Shown here: positions 25,934 to 36,228 of the stretch, one piece after another
Position numbering within the stretch: position 1 is the first letter of the stretch
How the letters are laid out: every line of letters starts with the position of its first letter
Origin: Tubulanus polymorphus
Lineage: Eukaryota; Animalia; Nemertea
Assembly (NCBI RefSeq): GCF_964204645.1
Contig: NC_134033.1
Span: 15,694,655 to 15,758,654 of the forward strand
Direction of reading: 5' to 3'
Length of the DNA: 64,000 bases
Translations under genes and position numbers: made by a program
Notes under the pieces: generated by a model
Told to the model about the DNA's origin: nothing
Databases searched by the model: none
Seen by the model: only the letters and a program-made list of their open reading frames with translations

Positions 25934-28900
25934 ATGGCAGCTCGTGGTTCCATTTCATCAGTGGGTAACCCTGTAATCTATATCGCCGAAGTCGACAACA
26001 TCCTGAAAGCGATTTCAAACTACGGGAAAAAATGGCTGTACACGACTTATTTGATATTAGGGATATCTTCGGGATTTCCGACCGCTTGGCACATGTTTGC
26101 CATCTCGTTTGTTGGTAAGTAAATTTATCGCTTTCCGAATCTTTGAACCATTGGTGCACAGGCTGGAATAGCTAGTCGTATTTACAAAATTCGAGTGAAT
26201 CTGTCAACGTAAAGCAAAGTGAATATAATTGAAAATGTCGTCGTGAAAGTTAACGAATTTTAGTGAAATTGAAAATAGAAAATTTAAATCAGAATTCAAT
26301 GAATTTGATAAATTTTTTCTTTTCATCATGTACGGCTCTTTTTGAATAAGAGTGTGTATTCGAATTAGAAAATTTTTATTATCATGTAGATTTTTCATTT
26401 TTTCAAAAATCGTCTTTTTATGTATAACAGACGGATCCCATTGTGGTTTCATTTTGATAAATCGTGTCGTGCAAAATTCGATTGACTGTGGGACTTCTTC
26501 ATTCATCTGGTATTTTTTATATTGAATTGGAAAAATTGAATCTACTTTCTTATCGCAAGGTGGACTGCCCGATGACTATCACTGTCGAGTGGGCGCCAAT
26601 CAATCGATACCTCAGATTTATAAAGATGGTAAATGGACGAATGATAAATGTCGTATGTACAAGAATGAATCTAGTGGTGATAATCAGACGATACCGTGTA
26701 ATAATGGATGGGTTTATTATACCGATTATCAAAGCACCATCGTTACCGAGGTAGGGGAAACATTATCAGTGATCACTCTTAATTGAAATATGATATCTTA
26801 CTTAGCATTCCATCGGTAAAGTTAGATTTTGAAGTACCACAATGACGAAGTTATAAGATCACCGAAGTTAATACTGTAGACTTCAATTAAGTCTGATCTT
26901 TTGGGACTGTAAAAATGTGCCCGGATTGAGTGATATCCGAGTTGGAATTATGTATTTCGCTTATTGTGTCACAGAAATATCTAACAAATATATCTGAGTT
27001 TATCGGATCTTTGGCCGAGTCTATCATCGTTTCTGCAGTTTCAACAAAAGTTTGAATTATATTATTGTGGCGTGTCCGGTCAGTTGATCATGCACTCAAT
27101 GTGCCCGATAGCCTTTAGCGGATATGTCCGACGGTTTATTAATGACCACTTCTAAACCAGTTGCCTATGACCATTGTATGACTAAGAGACTTGATGAGCT
27201 GACCGAACTAGTCTCATAGGTCTCCTCTATTTATATGGAACCTGTCGAAGAAACAACGTTTTCAAAATTAAAATAAGATTTTTAAATTTCTGATTGCAGT
27301 GGGATCTGGTCTGCGACAGGGACTATTTACCTCAAATGTCGCAAACTATTTTTGTCGTCGGTACTTTGATCGGAGCCGGAAGTCTGTCGCCGTTAGCCGA
27401 TTGGTTGGGGCGTAAAAAGGTTCACATCGGTTCACAGATAGCGATGGCAGTCGTCGGAATCGTCACCATGTTTTCGCCTAATTACGCCATGTACGCCGTG
27501 ATGAGATTCCTGTCCGGCGCGCTGCAACAGGTTCGAGTAAAACTATCAAGAAAAAAAAACGGAAATTAGTATTTCATAAATGATTTCCGATGCTAACACG
27601 GCATGATGAGCACAGGTGTACACGAGCAACGAAGCATTCATTGCTATCTACATTCATTAGCATACTTATGCGTTTTGTATATCATATTTCATACTACAGT
27701 GTTGTACATATATTTCTAGGGAGTTGTTTTGTCAGCCAGCGTACAGATTTTCGAACTGTTCCCCGCCAGTACTAGAACTGTATTTTCGCTGATGGTTCAA
27801 TTCTACTGGGCGGTCGGCGTCATCTTTCTCGCCGTGTTCGCGTTTTTTGTTCGGGATTGGAGATATCTGCAACTGGTCATTTCTATCCCGGCGTTTTTGG
27901 TCCTGCTCGGTATCTGGTTCTTCCCGGAGTCCGTACCGTGGCTGATCGCGCACGGCAAAACCGACGAGGCCGAAAAGGTCATCGAAAAGGCGGTGAAAGG
28001 CACGAAGATCAAAATCCCGATTCCCGGTTCGCTTTTGGAGATGGAGGTCCCGGAGCGACCCAGTTTGAGGCGGTTGAGTTTGGAACTGAAAAATAAATCG
28101 GTGACGCAAATGCGCAATTTGAAAAGAAGGTTGTCAGATCCGCGACGCAGTTCAACACAGGCTCCACCGGTACATACCAGAACAACCCCCGATACCCAAT
28201 TAAACTGTTCGTAATGAAAATCTTAAGTGAAAACACTTGATTCGGTTCCATAGTTTTGGGTTAATTGATTCACTGTTAAAAAATTGAAGATGACCGAATT
28301 ATATCTCCAACTCACATTGTGGAACTGGGTCCTGACATTGAACTGATTTTAACTTCAACTCAAAGCTTTGAAAAATCTTAGTCTTGGAACCAGTTCCACA
28401 GTTCTGAGTTAAATATGACTCTAGAATTAAAACATTGAAAATGAACTAACTTTAACCCAGAGTTAGCTCTAACTCACAGTGGAACCGGGTCCAGGATATC
28501 AATTATTTTTAATTTTGACGTGCCAATCTATCTAATAATGAAACGTACATTTTAGGCCCCGCCCCCTGAGGAAAAAGCGGAAACTTTATTGGACGTGATA
28601 AAACATCCTCGTTTACGTTGGTATTCATTGATTATGTGCTTGATGTGGTAGGTTCAATCGTTCGTTCGTTCGTTCGTATTGTCCAGCTATAAAGTATTCT
28701 TCATATTTTCAATCATGAATTAAAGGTTAAATTCATCGATGGCTTACTATGGAATCTCGTTGAGCGCGACGACCCTGGTCGGCAACAGATACCTGAATTT
28801 CGGTTTGGTCGGAGTCGTGGAAATTCCAGCTTACTGCTTCACAATCGCCGCGGCCACTAAGTAATCATTTCAATGCACGCATCATTTACGTTTATGCAAC

Positions 28901-31900
28901 AAATTCATATTCGAATTCGAGGAAAATGAAATTTCAATTCAACGTTTTACATTATTTTCTTGTCTGTAGAATTGGACGCCGTATCCCGTCATGTTTTGTC
29001 CAAGTAGGCGGCGGTGTAGCGCTGATTATCGTGGCATTCATACCAAAAACACTGGGTGAGTCTGATTATTTAAACTGATATAAGCTCAGTGCAGAAGTTA
29101 TTGAAAATATGTAAAAATTATCGTTCGAACAAAAATCATCGGATCCGGGTATTTTTAATAGGGGGAGGTCAAAAATCCGAAGTCTATTTTTTACACGAAC
29201 TTGGTACATGAACGTGAGCGCCGAGGACAAAGTCATGCAGGAGGATTTGGGGAGGCCCCTAAGAAAGTTTTGAAAAGACAGATTTTCTGAGCATCTAGGA
29301 GTGATTCCAGTACAAAATGACTGGTAATAATCTCGCGCTGTATGTTTCTTTAAGCCAAGTTGTGAAAATGTTTTCCTGACAAAGAATAGGGGCCCGGGCC
29401 ACTTAGGTCCGACTTGGCTCCGCCACTGTGACTGTTTCCGTAAAAAATGGAATTTACATATATATATATCTCGAAAATGCCTGTCAGAATAGATAATTTA
29501 AGATATATATCATCAATTGTGGGGATGGTTCATTGATTCGATAAGGTTATTATTATCATTAGTAATTTGAAAAAGGAATCACGATGTGCTGTGTTGCTTT
29601 CTCCTATTTAAAATGCGTTAGTTTTTGTATATAGTTACTGCTTGTGTTCATTGTCAGTCACTTCGAACAGTCGGTTGTATTTTGAAAAAAAGTGTATCCA
29701 GCGTGGTAACCTTATATATCCGGTTTTCAAATTTGAGGTCAGTAACAGTGAAGATCCGTTTTAAAAAGTGAAATTAGACACGACCCCCTGTCGGTAGACG
29801 GAAATTGTGTTTAGGTTAGAATAGAGAAAATTGGACCACAACTTCCAAGCGAAATAAGTCATACGCGTTGCTAGATACCTAAATAAATTCTAACGTCAAA
29901 ACAGGTAGCACCGTCGTGTAGGTTAACCGATTTTCAGAAGCAAGTTCACATCGGCTCGGCTAATATCCGACCGTTATCGAAATCCATTAGTATCCAGTTG
30001 TAGTAGGTATTGACGAAACGGCCTATATCCACCTTTCATAGGTGGCGTTACTGGAGAACCATAAGCGTTCCCAGTCAGACGATACTATGCAAGCGTCTAT
30101 TCGTTCGAACGAAAATGATTCACCGTGAGGTGCTGCCGCTATGCCTGTCGTTAGCGGACTTTTCATGCACTAATATGAGTGGACTCTGGCAATCTATGTA
30201 CGGGGTCGATTGCCAGACTCTACTCACATTAGTGCATGGAAAATCCGCTATCGATGAGCATAGCGGCAGCACCTCACGGTGCAGTATAAACAAAGTTATA
30301 TCGTGCTGAGAGAAATTCAGTAGTTCTAAAAAGTCTTTTTGTTAGGATTTTTATCTAGAAGATCCTCGTGTATAATTTACAAGTGTGCAGCAAAACTATC
30401 TAGTTTTTGTATAATTGGTTTTGACTTGCTGGTGATCAGACAAGTATTTCGTTCGTTTGTTGTGTTAAGTCGTAATTATCGCCGTTGTTCGACTTTTTGC
30501 CCTTTCGACTAGAATATAGTTAGAATATGTTCAGGTCGTTTGTCCTGAAATCCAACGGATGGAAATGTTTGGTAGCACAGTTACTTTTTAAAAACTAAAT
30601 ACTTTGCCTAAATTTGCACATTTCAACGCGTAGAAAACACGAAGTTCCATCTCGCATTTAATCATTATATATTTAAAAAACATCGTCGATGTGTTAAACT
30701 TATGATAACTCAAATATCCGTCAGTTGGTCGTTTTACAATGTCGTCTGCTCAGAATAGCACTCTCGTCGTAACGTCATGCCGGGAAACGTTACTGCTACC
30801 GATGAAATCGATTTTCGTCGAAGCGTTTTACGTTTCTACGATTTTAAACAGCGCGTTAGCGTTGGTCGGAATCACTTCGAACATTCTCACAATCGTCACG
30901 ATCGAACGATACATTAAACGCAAATCGTATTACGTCTGTAAATTCGTAGCTTGTTTCGATTTATCGTTTCTCGTTTCGTTCGCGTTTTTGTACCCGATTC
31001 GGATTTTATACGTTTACGCTGTTCTGGCCGACGTCATGTTTCGTTTATACGGACGCAGATTCGCTTATTGGATTTCGTACACGTTCAGACTGGGCGGTTG
31101 GTTTACGTACGTATTTTCCTTCGCGTTTATATGGTTTCAAACCTCGCGTAACTGGTCGATCGTTTTGCTCAGCGTCGACCGATTGATTGTGATTTCGTTT
31201 CCGTTGCGAGCCGCGAAATTCTGGACGAAAAACAAACAACTTTTGATCGTGATTTTGATCGCTATTTCATGCGCGTTTATTAACTGGAATTTTATAATAC
31301 CGAGATCATTCCCGGCTCTTTATCGCTGGCCTTGTCTTCGATTGAACATTCTCGTTTATACTATGTATGGCGGTTATGACGTATTTAAACATACAAAGTT
31401 GTATGACTATTACGAAGATTATATCTACATATTCATAACATCAATATTACCTTCTGTATTTTTAATAAATGTTAATTTTCTATTAATGTTTGTTTTATAT
31501 CGAGCGACCCCAGCTCGACGATCTCTTCGTCGAAGCGATTCAGAAACGAATGTCGTCGATCTCCGCGCTCTCAAAAATGTCATCGCCCTCGTCGTATTTT
31601 TTCTAATCTGTGAAATCCCGGCGACGATGCCGAGATTTTTATCATTAATTGGGTACGTAATATCCAATTATCGAATGCTGGTTGCAATAAACAGAATCGC
31701 TCTCACTTCAACGGTGTTCAATTCAGTCGGTAATTTTTTCATTCTAATTTCCGCTGATGATAGATTCAGAAACTCAGCGCGACGCGCGGCGCTACCCGCC
31801 TCATCGTCTTTTTATAGGGTTGAAACGAATTAGAGAATATAAGTTTCTGCACTGAATAAATCTACCGAAGCTCATACGACTATCTACGACCTTTTCCCCA

Positions 31901-32927
31901 ACTTTCGTTGTTATTTCTTGACACTTAATTCCACGACTTTCGTACATAAAGAACAGAAAACGTGAAATTATCAAAACACGGCTCCTCAACTCTTCTCAAA
32001 ACATTCGATGATCTTACAATATCAAACTTAAGAATATTTTCATTTACAATAGAGGTTCACTGATCGGGGCTTCGCGGGTGAACTTACTCATCTGTCTTTT
32101 TTATACCGGTAGCTGATGGGACGAGTTTGGCTCCTCTGATTGTTACTGTTACTATGGTCGGCATGTTTTTCGAGGCATCGGCTTTTTCACTGGCATTTCT
32201 TTACGGACAAGAGATTTATCCGACCAGCACCAGGTAAATGTCTCCGAACTAAATAGAAACTTAGTACTTGTATTTGGATCGGTGAATGCAGCGCTTTATT
32301 GAGACAATGTTTATGAATTTATAGGAATAGTGGGTTAGGTTTGTCTTCAATGTGGGCGAGGGCTGGAGGAATGTTGGCTCCGTTTGCGGGTTATATGGTA
32401 TGTAATATTGAAATACAAGCCGTTATCACGGGTGTAATTTGATAGAACGATAACCACACTCAAACGTGGTGAACGGATAATAAGATAAAATCCCACTATT
32501 TACAGATTAAAAGAATTTAAAAACAAGAATTTTTTTATTAAATCTAAAATATTTAAAAGACACGACGTTTCGATCTCACCCTAGAGATCATCGTCAGGTG
32601 ACTTAAATTCTTTTAATCTGTAAATAGTGGGATTTTATCTTATTGTGTAATTTGAGTTCGATTCGTTTATAAGGGTTTTCATTGCTGTTGTAGATGACAA
32701 AGATCTACTGGTTTCCGGGAGTATTTCTAGGCTCTGTATCTATAATCATCGGTCTACTGGTATTATACCTTCCTGAACCGCTTGGACGTCCAATACCGCA
32801 GAAAATCGCCGACATGGATTCCTGGACGCGTCAACGATATCGACCGCCAACAGACGACAACATGGCCGACGAGCAACTTCCGGCGTTACACGAACAGAAC
32901 GAGGACGATTTAATGGAAATAAAATAG
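25934..32927 (+). CDS. SLC22-like transporter copy 6 (exon 2 26560-26750; enlarged intron 7 29056-32112 hosting a GPCR gene)
   Basis: Exons 1-7 lie before 29055; exons 8-10 start at ~32113, ~32325 and 32694, all in frame. Confidence 0.9.
30121..30281. mobile_element. ~160-bp fully palindromic MITE (termini CCGTGAGGTGCTGCCGCTATGC), copy 1
   Basis: The arms are reverse complements over ~70 bp; other copies lie at 33369 and 61824. Confidence 0.85.
30739..31833 (+). CDS. Intronless rhodopsin-class GPCR (FMRFamide/peptide-receptor-like orphan), 364 aa, nested same-strand in SLC22 copy 6 intron 7
   Basis: 7TM pattern: GITSNILT, ACFD, LSVDR, FFLICEIP, NSVGNFFI. Confidence 0.88.
   Translation: MSSAQNSTLVVTSCRETLLLPMKSIFVEAFYVSTILNSALALVGITSNILTIVTIERYIKRKSYYVCKFVACFDLSFLVSFAFLYPIRILYVYAVLADVMFRLYGRRFAYWISYTFRLGGWFTYVFSFAFIWFQTSRNWSIVLLSVDRLIVISFPLRAAKFWTKNKQLLIVILIAISCAFINWNFIIPRSFPALYRWPCLRLNILVYTMYGGYDVFKHTKLYDYYEDYIYIFITSILPSVFLINVNFLLMFVLYRATPARRSLRRSDSETNVVDLRALKNVIALVVFFLICEIPATMPRFLSLIGYVISNYRMLVAINRIALTSTVFNSVGNFFILISADDRFRNSARRAALPASSSFYRVETN
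32558..32603 (-). ncRNA. Minimal Penelope-type hammerhead ribozyme motif inside a 42-bp inverted repeat (32479-32644)
   Basis: Minus strand reads agtcac CTGACGA T GATCTC-tagggt-GAGATC GAAA CG TC gtgtct: both core boxes, stem II and stem I pairing. Confidence 0.65.
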
Positions 32928-33368
32928 AGAAAATCTAACGAAATTTGATAACAGTTTTTTTAAATAATTCTAGATTTTTTAATTGAATACAAATGTATAT
33001 CAAAAACGGATTGTTTCTACTAAAATCGTATCAATATTATACCTATATACATTTATAACATGTATTAATAATAAGCGATCTTTTAAAGTTATACCGCGAC
33101 TTATGAAGTTCTTTTCTATGGCGATTTTAAAACCGATCACGAATTGAGAACGGGTATTTAAATACCAATTTAGTACTTACCACGGTTTGCAGATTACTTC
33201 GTTTCCGCGAAACAAATATATCTATTTTTCACCGTGTAACCTCCGGGGTTCCATTTTTTTCTAGCTGATTACGTGGCCATGAAATCATCTTTTCGGGTCC
33301 ACGTTATCAACGAAAACGAAGAGTTTCGTGGGCCATGGAGTATTTTATTCGTTCGAACGAAAATGATT

Positions 33369-33529
33369 CACCGTGAGGTGCTGCCTCTATACCTGTCGTT
33401 AGCGGACTTTCCTTGCACTAACATGAGTGGACTCTGGCAATCTCTGTACAGCGTCGATTGCCAGAGTCCACTCACATTAGTGCATGGAAAATCCGCTATT
33501 GATGAACTTAGCGGCAGCACCTCACGGTG
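33369..33529. mobile_element. Same palindromic MITE, copy 2 (within duplicated block 33346-33735)
   Basis: Matches 30121-30281, including the flanks. Confidence 0.85.
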
Positions 33530-34574
33530 CAGCATAAACAAAGTTATATCGTGTTGAAATTCAGTAGTTCTAAAAAGTCTTTTTGTTAGGATTTTTATCT
33601 AGAAGATCCTCGTGTATAATTTACATGTGTGCAGCAAAACTATCTAGTTTTTGTATAATTGGTTTGGACTTGCTGGTGATCAGACAAATATTTCGTTCGT
33701 TTGTTGTGTTAAGTCCGTTACTTTCCGCCGTTGTTCCGGACTAGACTTCCTTTCACCCGGCGGTGCAGATAACCAAATGTCCCGGCCGGACTCTGCTTAC
33801 GGTGGAGCTTATTTTTTTCGTGGTGTTAATTCGTGTGACGACAACCAATCGTCGCCCCGACTGACCTAACAACCCCCTCCCCCCCCCCCATAAGCACTTG
33901 CTCAGTGCCTCGTCATAGAAAACCGCCTTGCGCAGTAGACAGGAGCCACCTTCTCGGTTATCTGAGTAAGTCGTCTATAGTCGAACTAAACGAAACCGAA
34001 TGTCCGTAAGTCGGAACTATATTCCGGAAATAGTTCGGAAATCAAGCGCATTCGGTTATTAGTTTCGACCACTAGTCGACTAGATACGAAAACCGAATTT
34101 GGCCCAGATTGCTGTTACATCATCTCACTGCATCTTCTCCTCATTAATAGTATTTCCGTTTAGATATAAATGATTTCCGGTTTACTTCCGGTAAGGTTAT
34201 AGAAATGCGTGGTAGGATAAGATAAGTCAAGCTTATCGTTGAACTATCGGCAGGATTCATTGTTTTCGATTGCCAGAGTCGGCAATTCCCGGTGATCCCA
34301 AAATCCGTGAGCGCCTCTGTAAATATTCTACGCTCGAGAAGAAAATCAACACTTACCGAACGACTCTAGAAACAGCTTTGAATTATTCAGAAGGAAATCA
34401 GAAATTTTATTTTGAATGGAATATTCTGGTGACACAGGTGACGCAAAATAATCAGCGCCGGGATTCACAATTGACAAAACATTAAAACATTCGATATTAA
34501 ACCGATCGAAAATGAACGAGCGGATTTAAGCTATTATAAAGGTGCATTTTCTTAGTCTTTTTAGTCTCCCAGCG

Positions 34575-35005
34575 CTAATTGGGGTCATTTTTGGCTCCAG
34601 CTCCAGCTCCGGCTCCGGCTCCGGCTCCGGCTCCAGCTTCATCTCCAGCTCCAGCCCCAGCATTGTTACCACCGTTGTCATCGTCATCATCATCAGCTGA
34701 AAACAAAGAAACGAAATATTTTCCAATCCAAATTATCGAGGACAACTCTCGAGATGGACACTATTATCCTCATTGTTATCATTCCCTTTAAATTTACTTT
34801 ATTATTTATGATTTCTTTACCTTAACTTTTATTCAACAAGTTAAGGCTGCTAACGTCACCCGATCCGTATTAGTAGTCCCTTTTGATTTTGGAGATTTTG
34901 AAAAATGTTTAATGAAACAGGTATGAACTTACCGGCTTCTGCATGCGACGTGAAGTGTAACGACAGTAGTAGGAACACGGCTCCGAGAATCAGGAAATAA
35001 CGCAT
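34575..35005 (-). CDS. Small secreted Gly/Ala-rich peptide A (64 aa; coding exons 35005-34933 and 34696-34575): MRYFLILGAVFLLLSLHFTSHAEA-ADDDDDDNGGNNAGAGAGDE(AG)7AKNDPN
   Basis: ATG directly follows a CAG acceptor. A 24-aa signal peptide ends in A-E-A, the phase-1 GT-AG intron joins in frame, and a paralog with the same structure lies at 53387-54156. Confidence 0.75.
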
Positions 35006-36228
35006 CTGCAAATTCAAGAAAAAAATAAACAGAATATTCTTTAATCTATACAAAGTCAAAATTGTTGCTTTTTTCGATTTCAAGCGGAAAGAGTTTACGA
35101 ACTTTTATGATACTATTTCGTCGACTTCAAATAACCTGTGAAATGATAAGAAATATAATTGTACATACTAAAATAGGGGAATGTATACAGTTGAAATGAA
35201 ATATTTAAACTATACCAACTGAAACTTCAGCGTCTCGTACCTGTGAACTATTCTGCGGTTTGAACCTACTTCTAATCCCGACCAATTCTTAAACCAAACT
35301 GACGCACGTCACCTGCTTCTTACTAATTGGACGAACAGATGCCGGCAATTATATATATGAATATGTATGATTAAAACATCTCGTTAATGGAAATTCTCAA
35401 GGGCGGCGCCTTAAAATCGCGAACCATTATCGTTTTCCGATAGCAATTATAATCATAACGTTTGCCCCGATTTAGGTTGTTTTTATTTGCTGGAAAGAAT
35501 CGAAAACGAAACGAATAAATGATTGATTTACAATTAAACTGAAATATTCCATCGTAGCTGAGATAATGGTTTTTCACCAGCATCGAAAGAGTTCAAAGCT
35601 TTTGAAGTCAATACATGTACAATCCGCGCCTGAGGTTCAATATATGGGGTAGAAAAAGCTAAGAACTTTCAATTTATGTCTGGTTCCAAGGGGAGGTAGC
35701 AGAATCCGCACCTAGAACGACGTTAATGATACATAAGAAAAACATTAACTAATTCCAACTTTTGACTAAAGCTCGGCCGCAAAAAACGAAATCATTTTTC
35801 TGACCTCCTCAAAGTAATGGAACTGTACATTACTTTCAATATAATAAACACATTTTCCTCTCAAACCTCGAACTCATTTTGCCGGTCCCACAGTGTGGCG
35901 AGGTTTAATGTTTACGCAGCGCGAAACCTCGATCAGTTGAATAAATACAAAAGAAAATTGAAGTCAAACGTATCATTTTTTTCTGATAAATGGTGTATAT
36001 TTAATTAATTAATATAACACTGTTATTAACACATAGTTTATAATGATTTATTTCTATTTACATTCTATATCATCGTCATAATTATAATCATCTTTACAAC
36101 AACATCATTTTATCTTAATCCATTTATAATAATATTTTACCATTCACGGTGTACACGGTTATTTCGGCGGCATGAAATTTGCCCGACATTATTTTCTAAA
36201 TGATAACTAAAAACGAAGCTCCATCGCC

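Noticed and set aside
30010-30309. Similar ORFs at 30010, 33273 and 61737 as a small gene family
   Set aside because: They are translations of a palindromic MITE.
406-32927. SLC22 array as a haplotype or assembly duplication artefact
   Set aside because: Introns, promoters and exons 1 and 4 are too divergent between copies to be alleles.
34526-34791. Pro-Ala (PAPAPA) and Glu-Pro ORFs
   Set aside because: These are alternative frames of the (Gly-Ala)n exon. Only the Gly-Ala frame joins the signal exon and shares its stop with the paralog.
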